Positions 29,464 through 42,455 of a stretch of 64,000 bases of DNA are shown in pieces; positions within the stretch are counted from its first letter, which is position 1, and every line of letters begins with the position of its first letter. The position numbers were made by a program, and so were the translations under genes. The notes under the pieces are model-generated. The model saw only the letters and a program-made list of their open reading frames with translations, was not told where the DNA came from and ran no database searches. The stretch comes from the human T2T-CHM13v2.0 reference genome, Homo sapiens, in the NCBI RefSeq assembly GCF_009914755.1, contig NC_060936.1; one strand, 5' to 3'.

Positions 29464-30929
29464 ATTAGGAAGATGGCATGGATCGAAACAACATTCACAA
29501 CATATGATTAAAAAATAAAATACTTTCAGTAACAGGCTTTTTAATAGATTAAAAGAGAAAAATAAAACGATCAATTTTAAATAAATTATTATACCAGGCA
29601 ATGCAAATGATTCCATTGATTTGTTTTTAAAACTTAAAACATTATGTTGGTACACGAACACACACACTCAAACAAAATTAAAAATGAAAGACCTAAAAAT
29701 AAAGTTAACTTTCTAACACAAGTGAGGAAACAAGCTGGTAGGAAGGTAACCTAGAAGCTGGGCATTATCTGGTATGGAAGGTGGAAGTATAGCCAAGGAG
29801 TAGGAGGAAAGCTCAGCCCTTCCTACACACTGGGGCAGAGAAAATTCAAATATACTGGCCTAGGAAAGAATCCAATGTCCCAGGAACAACTGGACAATTT
29901 TTTCTTACAAGTAATGTTCTGTTACATGCCAGATGGTGTTCCTGTACAGAATTTCCACACCAATGCATAAAGGAGAGGTCTTCAAATATAATTGTGTTTT
30001 TCTCCAAGCATCTATGAGAATAAGACACCAAATATAAGGACTACTGTCTCCTGTGCTATAAAATAAAGCCAGAAAAAAAATATGTCCACATTCACACTTG
30101 AGTCAGAGGATTCACTTTTTATTCAACTTAAGCAAACAACTAGAAAGCATTTCATCAGGAGTTATGCAAATACCGTGTAGTTGATCTAATTCAGTCAATA
30201 GCAATTGCGGATTTTTAATGGGTCTTCTTTAACCTACTAAAGCCTATCAAAATATAGTGGGTTCAGTATTAATGAGATGATTTCCCATAATGTACAACTT
30301 ATCAAGCAAAAATATAAATCCATCCACTCTTCTAAAATATGTGATTTCTCTTTTGATTTCCAGTATCTCTAGACACCAAGTTCAACCTGTCTGGAGCTTA
30401 GTTGCTTACGGTTGAAATCTGTTTCATGAGGAGCAGAAAGTAGTGATGATAAAGCACTTAGGGCATTTGAGATGGAAATTGCAGTTTCAAGTTAGAATTT
30501 CTAAAATTGTTTTTGTTTTTAAATCCATCAATGTATAATGCTTCTTAGTTAAGCTGAGGTGGACCCTGAAATCTAATAACTAAATCCACTGGGAAAGGAC
30601 CAGACATATCCAAGACAGATCCTGTTACCCAGTAAACAGCATTTAATTCTCTTTGCCTGTCACCAACAGCTGGGCCAATTGCTGTCCCACCAGTAGATAG
30701 GTTCGGTGGGGGCTTCTTTATGCCCAACCCATAACTGATCCTAGAAGCTAAATCCCAGCCTGTCCCACAGGTCTAGTAAGAATTTACTCACCTTTACATC
30801 CCATAGGTAGGACATGTCTGGTAAACTACACAAGGAAACAATGACTGATTCAAGACCACCTCTACCACTGACTCTTCATTCATGGCATGCAGGACCAAAG
30901 ATGCTATGCTAAATGAAGTGGGTCCTCAT

Positions 30930-31145
30930 GGGAAGAGTATATCTTATTGAAAAAGGCATGATCTTAGAATCAAACCTATTTGTATTTAAATGCCAGCTTC
31001 TCCATTCAATTAACAGTGTGACTTTGATCAAATTGCACAATATTTTGAACCTGAGTTTTTAAATGTGAAAATGCACATCTTAATAGAATTTTTTTGAGAT
31101 GTAAAAAACTTTAGATAAAATAGGTGTTTCTTAAATGTTAGTTTC
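30930..31145 (+). mobile_element. MIR SINE
   Basis: tagaatcaaacct...gtgtgactttgatcaaatt...tgaacctgagtttt. Confidence 0.6.
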
Positions 31146-31279
31146 CTTTTCAAATTAGTAACAGATCCAGTAATCTTCATAATCACAAAAGTTAGCATAT
31201 CAGAAATTATAATGATGTGAGGCATTCAAGAATTTGTCTAGTTTAATACCTTACATGTAGACTTAGAAGGAAGGAATGG

Positions 31280-31450
31280 ATGCACACAAATGAGTTTTCT
31301 GTGGGATGCGTAAAAATGCATATTCCCAGGCCCATCTCAGATTTGCTATGAATAACTCAGAAGCCCTAGGAATTGAGCTTGTGCACTTGCAACTTGAAAA
31401 ATCTTCCCAGCTGATTCCTACACACACCCCTAGTTAAGTGCTATGGATCT
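31280..31450. mobile_element. MER5A/B (hAT-Charlie)
   Basis: aaaaatgcatattcccaggcccatctcaga...ttcccagctgattcc. Confidence 0.6.
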
Positions 31451-31774
31451 AGAAGCCAGCATAAAGTATGGTGAATAGGAAGTTCTCAGCAAACATTTGC
31501 AGAACTTGGATGGTCCATGTCTTAGCCCAGTTTCTACCTCCTGTAACCATATGGCTGTTTTCTGCTTCTCCCTGGCTGCCAGTCACTATGACACCAACCA
31601 TTTTTATCTTAAAGGAATTTAACTGCTCCTGGAGAAAAATTGATGCTCCAAAGTATCCATCTAGACATTTGCCAAAATATAGACAAAGGAATAATATGGC
31701 TGCCTGTTTTTTGGAATATTTTCACAATGCTAGAATTTAGACACTTTGGCAAGGCTATATTATAAGCTATAACA

Positions 31775-31990
31775 TATTAACTAATATTTATTGAACACGT
31801 ACATGCAGCAGGCACTGGGTAAAGTTCATGTTCGTAAGACCCCTTTGTGGTAGGTACTATGAATATCCCTATTTCATAGTGAGGAACTGAGGCATTTCAG
31901 CACACCTCAATGTGTAACTTGTTCAACTTCATACAAGTTTTTTAGAGTGAGGCTCAAATATACTTCTAGATTACTTCAAAGTCTAACAAG
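31775..31990 (-). mobile_element. MIR SINE
   Basis: ttattgaacac...caggcactgg...gtaggtactatgaatatccctatttcatagtgaggaactgaggc. Confidence 0.7.
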
Positions 31991-32248
31991 CATCCGAATA
32001 CATGCTCATTCTGATGATAATGTGTCCTGGGCCAGAATGTGTAATGCAATTAAACATTCTATATTATCAGTTTCACAGAAATTAATGGATATTAACATGT
32101 CGATTTTTTGGTGCTAATGTTTTAGACAACCATATGAGGACCATTTTCATGATGGAAAAAAGTGGGAATTGAATGATTTAGGTCTGAAAATGCAAGGAAC
32201 ACAACAGAGAAGGGATTTTCTAGGATCCCGAAGGTTGAGAAAACTTCA

Positions 32249-32567
<319 letters not shown>

Positions 32568-33259
32568 TTACTTCCTATCCCACTACCTGCCTACTTTTTT
32601 TGATTTATCTGTACTTGGTTATATATATGCATGCATATAAGCAGGCAGGGAATAAAGCAGACAGGAAAGCACATTCCAGGCTCTAGAATATCTAAGAAGG
32701 ATGATCTGGTTACTCCCTATTATACCACCCTGTGTTAATTTCCTGTGTTGACCCTGTTATTGTCTGGAAATGTTATATAACCATAGCTTGTGTTTACTTA
32801 TGCTTTCTTCTCACAATAATGTTTGCTCCATGAGATCTAGGACCTTTATATACCTTGACTACCATTATAATGACTGAATATTTGAGCAGAATCCAATGTT
32901 GAGAGAGGAATGAACATGTATTGCAGTACCAGATAGAACTGTCCACACTCTAAAAAAAGAGAGAAATATACCAAAAAGACAGAGTCATGTTAGCAGAGTT
33001 GTAACCTTTGCTCTTAAAGCAGAAATTTCTGTTTTGTGTTCTCTTTTGTGTACATGCACGTGTGTGTGCAAGTGTATATGTATGTGTGTATGATAGCAAG
33101 AGTGAGCAAGAGTGAGAGGAGTTGCGACCAGGGAATCAGGGGCAAGATGGGCTTACAAATGTGTGTGTGTAGGCAGAGAAGAGCAAGAAATCAACAACTT
33201 GCTCCTCACACCATTAGAAACTCCAGACGCTCATGAGCGAATGCAAGACCTGGCTGAGA

Positions 33260-33610
33260 GAAGATGATATCCTGAATCTAGGAAAGTGGCATAGGAGAGG
33301 ATGAAATGAAGGAAGGAGAGACTGCACAGTTCAGATTGACAGGGCCTTGTCACTAGATGTAGGGAGAGGGAAGAGCCAAGGCAATGCTCAAACCTCAAAC
33401 TTGAGTGCCTGAGAATAGTCAGGCCATTCTGTGATATGGAGAACGTGTGGAGAAACAGTTATGGGGGAAAAGAACCATGAGTTAAGTTTTGCTAGGTAGA
33501 ATTTAATATGTTTTTAATAGTCCCAATGGAAACGTCAGTGGTCAATGAATTGATGGGTCTGAAATTAAGAGGGAAATTAAGTCTGGAGATATATATTTAG
33601 AGTCATCGGT
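33260..33610 (-). mobile_element. L2 fragment
   Basis: Purine-rich L2 antisense motifs (gagttaagttttg...ggtctgaaattaagaggg...ctggagatatatatttagagtcatc). Confidence 0.55.
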
Positions 33611-34029
33611 AAATCTCTACCTTTACTTTTCTTAAAACCTCCAAATTTACCTGCCTTAAGTAGCTGTTGATTATTCCTTAAAACAGAGATGTAAAATGAC
33701 TGCCCTAATATCAGCCCATATATTGCCTACCATAATAACTACCAAGAAGGAAAAATATTCTACAGTTATCAGTACATATTCAATGCAGCAGTACCCAATC
33801 ACCAGTGGAGTGGAGTAAGGTTATGAAATTGCTTAGGTTTTATTCAATCTGTTTTATGTAGCCATGCTTGAGGACACAACAGGGAACCTGGAAGTTAATT
33901 TTAGACTACGATTCCAGTCCTTGGGGAAATCCTTACATCTCAGTGTGCTGTGAGCATCACCAGAATTCCTTCTTCTGGCCCTCTAGGAATTTGTCATAAT
34001 GATGACTGTCTCTGAGTGACAGGCAATGG

Positions 34030-34242
34030 AAAGTACTGGTTAAGTAGTAGATGCAGATTGTTTGGGTTTGAATCCTGGCTCCCTCATTTACTACTCATGT
34101 GACCTATTTACTTCCCATGCAGAGAGGATATATTAAGAGTGCACATCTCAGAGTGTTAATGTGGGAATTAAATACAATGAATACCATATAGTGCTGGAAC
34201 AATGGCATACAAAATGTACTAAATAGGTGTTAGCTCTTATTT
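34030..34242 (+). mobile_element. MIR SINE
   Basis: gggtttgaatcctggctccctcatttacta...tgtgacct...ggtgttagctcttatt. Confidence 0.75.
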
Positions 34243-34629
34243 TTTAAAATGTCTACGTATTATCACTGCTGTACTTACACTACTATTCAATAAATACTGG
34301 TTGAATGAAAGTTTGTACTGAGCTTTACTAGACCACTTTTGCAGAACTAAAAATAGTGATAGTAGCATTCAGTGGAAACCCTACATAATACCTGTGATGT
34401 TGCTGAATGGTGTGACATTATCCAAACATGGTACCTTGGCCTCTATATGATCAAATAAATAAAGCCAACTTTATACGGGGCTAGATTAGTAGTCGTGACT
34501 AGACCAAAAGAAATGTCACTGGACTCCCTGTTTTATGATTGCAAGAAATCTTGCTTCAGATGCCATTATTGGTTTCTAGTACACTTATGTCTTCCTTATT
34601 CACACATTGTGCATTAAAAGAAACAAATA

Positions 34630-34933
<304 letters not shown>

Positions 34934-35193
34934 ATAGAATATGAGAATTATTACTCTGTATGTATTACATTCTTTATATAGAAAAGAAATAGAGGGGTGT
35001 GTGTGTGTGCATGCATCACATTTACACAATGAGTACTTCTGTGCAACTATTTCTGTTATATAAAGAACTAGGAAACAAAAAGCCTTTTAGAAGTTGTTGC
35101 ACAGTGTACAATGGCAAACAAGGTGAACAGAAGTATAAAATTTCAAACAATGTAATAGAGATTTAACATAACAAAAATTGTAAAGATAAATCA

Positions 35194-35599
35194 TGTATTA
35201 GTCTGTTCTCATATTGCTATAAAGAAATACTTGAGACTGGGTAGTTTATGAAGAAAAGAGGTTTAATTGGCTCACAGTTGTGCAGGCTGTACAGGAAGCA
35301 TAGAGGCTTCTGCTTCTGTGGAGGCTGCAGGGAACTTTCAATCATGACTGAAAGCAAAGGGGGAAAGAGGCATCTCACATGGTGAGAGCAGGAGCAAGAT
35401 GGGAGTGGTGCTACGGACTTTTAAACAACCAGATCTTGTGAGGACCCTCTCAGGAGAACAGTACCAAGGGGATGGTGGTAAACCATTCATGAAGTTGGTA
35501 AACCATGATCTAATCACCTCGCACTAGGCCCCACCTCCAACACTGGGAATTACAATTTGACATGAGATTTGGGTGGGGACACAGATCCAAACCATATCA
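35194..35599 (-). mobile_element. MSTA-like MaLR solo LTR
   Basis: tgtattagtctgttctcatattgctataaag ... gggtggggacacagatccaaaccatatca, intact TG...CA ends. Confidence 0.9.
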
Positions 35600-35654
35600 A
35601 CTTGGAAATTGAAAATGAAAGTCATCATTATCATTATACTTAGTCCTGTGATTA

Positions 35655-36110
35655 CTAATGGCCAACAAGTATTGGGCACATACGTACTCTGTGCCAGGTA
35701 TACTTGACACAAATTATCATCACAGCAAGTTCATCTCTTGCAATAATTGTATAGTAGGTGCTATTATTATCCCTGTTTTAGAGACGAGAAACCAAGAAAC
35801 AGAGAAGATTGAAAAAACAATAATGATTTGCCCCACATTACATCAATAGAGATCAGGGAAACTGAGACTTGACCCAGGGCACACTGACTCCAGAAACCAT
35901 GCTTAACCAGCACGCCAATAGGACAGAATACTTCATAGTTCATGAATCTTCCTCAGGTCTGTTACCTTATTTCGTCTTCACAGTCAGCCTGTAGGGTAAG
36001 TGTTATCTCAGAGCATGTAAGTTGTACAAGCCCACACAGGTGACAGTGACAAGGCTCAGATGAGAAGCCTAGTCTTCTTCTTTGAAATGTTATGCTCTTT
36101 CTTTCCATTG
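35655..36110 (-). mobile_element. Two MIR copies
   Basis: ctctgtgccagg...gtaggtgctattattatccctgttttagagacgagaaacc...ctgactccagaaaccatgcttaacc, plus a second partial core at ~35960-36110. Confidence 0.7.
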
Positions 36111-36944
36111 GAGTCTAGTCTAATAATGTTTGTGACAACTCTTAGGAGTTCATAAGTTGGTGAGGCACTCTTCATTCTGCAAGCAATAACTAAATGCAAA
36201 TTGAAGATGTTCAACTAGTGAACACAGTGAGGAAAGGATGCTTGCTTACACATTGATCTGTTGAGCTATAACCAAGGAGGGGATGACACATGGGAACTAT
36301 TAGCAGAAGCATCTTTCTAAATTCATGATGTTAGTTAATGTTGCACAGTGCTGTTAAAAATAAAACTAGATTAGAATCAAAAGGCAAAGTTCTAGGTTTT
36401 CCAGCATTAGAAATCTCAACATCTAATGATTTCTGTATTAATAAAGGACAATATCTGACATCTTTACCTCAGAGATAGAGTGAAAATTAGATGATATACA
36501 ACTACAAAAATCTGGCATTCATATACTACCAGACATATGATAAGCACACAGTAAATATTTGTGAAATAAATAAGTGAATAATTTGCTGATATGTAGAGCA
36601 GAACGTGAATTTAAACATACAGATAGTGTATACACATAAATACACAACTGACAAAGCACATTTGAATCATACAGTACTCATTTATATACCTGTCACCGAT
36701 GTTTTTCTTTCATAGACTTTCAAATTTATGTTTATGGATTTGAATCAAACTAAAAATGGTTTATGTTCATGGCCTTTCAGCCTTTTAACTTAATATTCTT
36801 GAATACTAAGAATATTCTTTAATATTCTTGAAGCAATCCTATGGGGGAAAATGTCATATAGCAATTAGTCATTGCTAATGTGTGTTACAAACATAAATTT
36901 ATGTCAATTTGCCCAACTCAGGCATGCTGTCATCTCCCAGTTAC

Positions 36945-37340
36945 ACTCATTAATTCAATATATGTTTATTAAAGGCACAGAATGTGAAAGGTACAATTCT
37001 ATGAGTTTTGGGGGCTCAAAGATCAATTAAATGTTAATGTTGCTCTTACATGTCTTATAGTCCAATAAGAGAGGTAAAGCATGCATCTAAAAATGATGTG
37101 AAGGAGAAGTAATTTGTGCCTTCAAATAGGTAGGGATAAAATGCACCAAGAATTCAGAAGTTGAAGAAGTTACTGCTAGCTGATGGGATCAAGGAAGAAG
37201 GAGCCTTTAAACTGGACAATTGGGTGGATAGTTTAATTTGTGGGGTTTCCAAAGAATAAGCAGAATGAGGTAACATCTGGAGCGCAGGTAGGGAGATGTA
37301 GACGTGTATAGAGCAGTTCAGCTTTGCTGGAGCCTGAAAA
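36945..37340 (-). mobile_element. L2 3' fragment
   Basis: actcattaattcaatatatgtttattaaaggcac... is the reverse L2 terminus. Confidence 0.55.
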
Positions 37341-37344
37341 AAGA

Positions 37345-37454
37345 ATCGTGTATTCAAATGACCGGTTTGTGCAGAACTAAGGAATTCAGGATTTAAAACT
37401 TTCAGTGCCAAAACCAACAAAGTCCCAGGCATATGAAGATAAGCTGGTCATCCT
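37345..37454. mobile_element. MER81-like (hAT-Blackjack) MITE
   Basis: ccggtttg...actttcagtgccaaaacc...aaagtcccaggca...gctggtcatccta. Confidence 0.65.
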
Positions 37455-38289
37455 AGTGTGTGTTCAGGTACAGCTCCTAATTACTGATTATTGTGGGACA
37501 TTAGCTGATAAAACATATTTAGCTGTGACATTCAAAAAATTTCAGCATTTTAATACATAAAGTTTACATCTTTAACCACAAGCCATTCCCTTTATTTTAA
37601 GCTACATCTGTCTTTGAAAATTTATTCTCTTTTATTTTCTTAAATTTCAGCACTTTCAGATGCTTTCCTCCATTTCCTCAATCATCAAATAAAGACATGT
37701 TCGTGTAGCTCTAGCTTCCTCTGCAAGAAAGACAGCTCAGGATGTTAGAGATTGAATTCCACCACAGAATTTGTCGTTGGAAAACTGAGTTCAGATGTCT
37801 TTACTCAGGTTGACCTTCCACAAGTCACAGTCTCTCTGGGCCTCAGGTTCTTTGTCTTTATGATTACATAGAAGGTATTTAACTGCAGAAAATGTTAGGC
37901 AGCTACGTGTCTACTAATATTCAAAAGCACGTAAGTATCTCCTGAAATGAATGCAGAACTGGGACTAGAAATTTGTAAGCCACATGTCAAGGTAGGTGGC
38001 AGGCAGAGTTGGAAGATCTGCATGTGATAGTGGCAACGGTAAAGAGAGGGTAATCAAGCGGAGTTACGTACGGAACTTCCACACTGGCACAGGAAAAGAA
38101 CACTGGAGTCATTGCAAAAGGCATAAGCAAGCCATCATCTGAAATTTATGACAGCTGTCACAGGCTCAATGGGATTGGTGATTCAGAATAGGCTCACTTG
38201 GATTTTCTATTCCTTTCTTGATAAGGGGCACAATTATGTACTACATTGGCAGCCAGGGATGAGACATAGGCACAGCCTCTTTTGTAAAT

Positions 38290-39060
38290 TAGTCTTTTTG
38301 AAGTCTTATTGTTAAATATAGCAAAAATATAGAAAACACCAATAACAAATGTCAGTTTAATGAATAGTAATGTGACCACCTAGGAAAACTACTGCCCCTA
38401 TCAGGAGTTAGAACTTTGCTGGCCATGATGAAACTTTCTGGTGTCCCATCCTAAAGAGTAACCACCATCCTGACTTTTTTGGTAATCATTTTCCTACTTT
38501 TATTTAGAATTTTATCAACCAAATGATATGTATATGTGAAAATATAGAGTAATGACTTTTTATTGTTATTAAAATCTTTTTAAATCTGTAGACTTCCTCT
38601 TCGTCTTCTCTCTCTCTTTCTCTTTTTATCTCTGAAACTGGAATATGCACCTGTCTATGTAGTGTTGCTCACAGTCTGAATTTAGCTGATTGCATCCCCA
38701 TGGTTTAGCTTAATATGCTCCTCTGTTCTCTGCATTCGCTGACATTTGCTCACATTTGAAAAGGCTAATTTAAGGGCCGTGTAATTTTTCTGTCTCAGGT
38801 GGCACATATTGTACACTTATCTCGTGTGTGTGTGAGTGTGTCATGCTAGACACCATTCATTCACAGTACTTAGATCCTTGAATGAATTAAGGACTGCTGG
38901 CATGACAGTCTATCATTTAATCTTCAATTATTAGTCAGAATAATTCTATAAAGAGAAACTCCCTCTCATCTACTCTTTTGCTACTCAGTAGTACAGTTTA
39001 TATGGAAAAAGCAAGAAAAATGTTGGATTCCTTCCTTTCACTTGCCAGTTTAGCCTCTTA
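38290..39060 (-). mobile_element. Ancient L1 (L1ME/L1MC) 3' UTR fragments
   Basis: agagtaaccaccatcctgacttt and cacagtctgaatttagctgattgcatcccc motifs. Confidence 0.55.
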
Positions 39061-39948
39061 TACGTCAGTCTAGATCTTGACAAATGTGTCCTATTTTGAA
39101 TGCCAATAAAATTGTGTGGAGTAAACTCACACAAATTAAAGGCATTTAAAATAAGTAACTATATCTTGAAATACACACACGACTTATGTTTTTACATTTT
39201 GATGAGTTTATTTTCTAAGGATACTTGGAAAGATAGTTCTTCATTCCCTACTTATTTTTTATCCCGTATTATTATTGCCCAAGACAGATAATATCTGCTC
39301 TATTTGCATTTTCAGGGCAGTGTTCAGATGAATGCTTTTGTCCCTGTCTACTTCTAACTTTATGCTCCAATGCAAGATTTAGTTATTGGAAAACTTAACC
39401 ATCATATTCTAATGAAATTTAGAGAACTCTGGAATTATGAATCTCCCTTTTCCAAGTCACTCTTCAGTTCTATAGGATGAGTCCATTAGAAGCAGAAGGT
39501 AGAATCTCTCCAGGGTAAATGGGCCAAGGGCAGCATTTGATACATGATTGGAAAAGCTGCCCTTGCTTCCTGAGATAGAAACACAAGAATAGAGGGATTA
39601 GGAATGAATAAAGAAAACAGCCAGGAGGAGCTGCTGAAGGGTGAGCTTCTATTTGAACTTGCTTACTTCCCTAGAATGTTCATTCTATACTTTTTGATAA
39701 ATAAGAAAATATTTTTAAAGCTATGATTGTTTCATTGTTCTTTAAATGCAAACTGCATTTACAGAGAAGAGAGCTCCAATAAGAACCAGTTTTGATAATT
39801 AAATTTCTTACTTGGCTTTCATAACCTATCACACAAGAGAGTTTTATCAGTGGAAAAAGCAAACATTTTCATTGATACAAGGGTGAGCCATCTTTGCCTT
39901 ACTGCACTCTAATTCCTTGATCTGACTTTTAAAAAAATACAGAGTATG

Positions 39949-40252
39949 GGCTGGGTGCGTTGGCTCACGCCTGTAATCCCAGCACCTTGGGAGGCCGAAG
40001 CAGGCAGATCACGAGGTCAGGAGATCGAGACCTTCCTGGCTAACATGGTGAAACCCCGTCTCTACTAAAAATACAAAAAATTAGCCAGGCATGGTGGCAC
40101 ACACCTGTAATCCCAGCTACTCAGGAAGCTCAGGCAGAAGAATCGCTTGAACCTGGGAGGCAGAGGTTCCACTGAGCCAAAATGGCACCACTGCACTCCA
40201 CTCTGGGCAACAGAGCAAGACTCTGTCTCAAAAAAGTAAAATAAAATAAAAT
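39949..40252 (+). mobile_element. AluSc-lineage element
   Basis: Full dimer, (TAAAA)n tail, perfect 15-bp TSD AAAATACAGAGTATG. Confidence 0.95.
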
Positions 40253-41989
40253 AAAATACAGAGTATGAACATCTGAGAATCAATAATTCTTCCACAACTC
40301 AGCAATTTAGAATCCTTCAAAGAAATAGTCAATGTTTGCTTTGAGGATGTGAACTCTAGCATGAGAATACTTCATGGGAAGTGATATAGAGGCTTAGAGA
40401 AGTTAAAACTTTCAAAAGCATCAGACATTTATGTTTTACAGTTGCACCTGAGAAGAAGGAGATTGCTTATGTTTGTGGCCACCATGAATTTTTATAAAGG
40501 CCACTTCAAATACCTTTTTGAAAACATTCTTTCCATAGAGGAATCAAGTCCTAAAATTAATATCTCCTACAAGTGGTTTCTAATTTGCTAGAAGTCCTGG
40601 AGAACTTTTTTCACACACACTGTTCCCAATTATGATGCCACTTTCATGTAGGTCTCTCAGCTTGGCTTTCATCCAGGCTGTTAGGTGAAATTAGGCCCAG
40701 AAAATCGGATTATTACATCCCAAGGGAAACAACTGATAAGCAGCAGATGATTGTTCATCTCCTTGCTACTTGCTGGTGTTGAGGTGTTGCTAGTTGCAAA
40801 GCCAATTTGTTAACAATTAGTGCTCATTAGAATCATTTCCTGTTATCGATTCTAAATATGTGACAAAGCACTTTTAGGAAACTGGACCCCAAAACGTAGC
40901 TATTCGTCAGTGATAAGCAATTAAAAATCTCAAGATCCAGTGTAATTCCTAACCAGAGTCGTCAGTTTCCAAGTAATTATTTTTGCTTTGGAACCCACCT
41001 GCTATCCTGTCCAGTTTAAAGATGTGCTGGAACAAGGACATACTTCTTAATTAGCAGAGGGTGTGGATAAGTCAGTGTGGGAACAAAAGGAATTTTCTTT
41101 TATTATCTGCTTTAGCTGTTTGTAGTATATCTTTAAGGGACAAAAACTGCCAGCTTGCAATACAACACATGTATTTGCAAGAGTGTGAAATGAAATGCAT
41201 TACTTCTGTTATCTAAACATCTAAGCTTAGTTTTTAAGTCTCTGTTCACCTTTGATCATTATGAACTCTAAATATAGAATCATAAATGGAGTCATTGTGC
41301 ATTACATTCAAGTTTAACTATTGCCAGTATCAGCTTTGTAAAATATTATATATGACTTTAATAAAATTAGCATAAATACTATAAGCATTTGAAATTTTTC
41401 TTAGAAAAGGCATTGTGTTGATCTACTTTTTGAATACAAATCTACATGCGTTATATGCTACAAATATATACTCAATAGATGGGCCTTCATTATCTAATTA
41501 AAATATTAATTATCTGTACAAGTATCATCTGCTAATACTTGCTAAATATTCTTTAGAATTAAGAGAATATCCCTTATTTCCTCCTTAGTAAGTAATGGTC
41601 TTTACATATGAACTATTCAGTTATTTTTGTAGTATCAGAATTAAAACTGAATGATGCCCCTGCCTTCTCTTCCTTTTCCATGTCACCCCCCCAAATTTCC
41701 TTTGCTTCTGTGTTTATTTTATAAATGTAAATAATTATCCCTACTCATTTTCCCCTAGGTTTAATAATGCTAAAAATATTTCTCCTTCTTGTTGCAGAGC
41801 ATGGATATGTAAATTAAGTATATTTCTGTTTCTGAATTTCTTATTCCCATATTAAAAGCTTATATCAATGGAGAAATTAAGTGTATGTTTTTTTTCAAAT
41901 GCCCTATATGCAACCCCTCTATCCTTAATAAACAGAGATGGTATTGACACAAGTGAATTTTGTTTAACCACACTACATTTGCTTCTTAA

Positions 41990-42386
41990 TTAGTGAATAT
42001 TCATCTGTCATCAGCAGCAGCTATGACACCCCTCCCTGCTAACATGTTCTGTCATAAATAATCAATGAGGCACTATTAATATTCATGAGCTGGAATCTGT
42101 GTAGTCATGTGCACTGATGCAGAGACGGGGGAGTGTTGCCATGAACTGACTGGAAACTCTGTGTGTGTATCCGTGAGTGCAAGATACTTAGGGAAAGCGA
42201 AGAAGAGCATGCTGCTACACACCACTCTGGCTTACGCTTCCAGCTAACAGCGGTTTGTCTGTGTTTCTGGACTGAAGTGACTGATGAAAAACAGTAGTCA
42301 AGTCTGGAGGGTGATTCCCTTTCAGTTCACTTGCCTTTCAGTTCTGGGGAAATTAGAAGATTTGCTCTCTCTCTCTGCTTCTTAGA
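41990..42386 (+). promoter_or_regulatory. PDZRN4: Putative CpG-poor internal promoter and 5' UTR of the short PDZRN4 transcript; exact TSS not determinable
   Basis: Directly upstream of the ATG exon; unique sequence; TATA-like CATAAA at 42053-42058 inside TGTCATAAAT (MEIS/posterior-HOX-like); AATCAAT; RFX half-site GTTGCCATG near 42135; three upstream ATGs (42141, 42209, 42284). Promoter function is inferred. Confidence 0.55.
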
Positions 42387-42455
42387 ATGGGCTGCAATTT
42401 GTGCACTTTTCAGAAAAGAGAGGAACACTACAAACTGCTGTATGAAGTTTCCCAG
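42387..42455 (+). CDS. PDZRN4: Alternative first coding exon of the short (RING-less) PDZRN4/LNX4 isoform, encoding MGCNLCTFQKREEHYKLLYEVSQ (phase-0 donor)
   Basis: Seen: ATG at 42387 (A at -1, A at -3, G at +4), 23 open codons, then consensus donor CAG|GTGAGT with GT at 42456-42457, inside a long repeat-poor block. Recalled, not searched: the peptide matches the short PDZRN4 isoform N-terminus and resembles paralog starts (PDZD4 MGCNMCVVQK..., short PDZRN3 MGCSLCSLQK...). Confidence 0.88.

Noticed and set aside
34347-34356. Perfect MEF2 site CTAAAAATAG (also CArG-like CCTAATTAGG at 60580-60589)
   Set aside because: AT-rich 10-mers are expected by chance in 64 kb of AT-rich DNA, and there is no supporting cluster.
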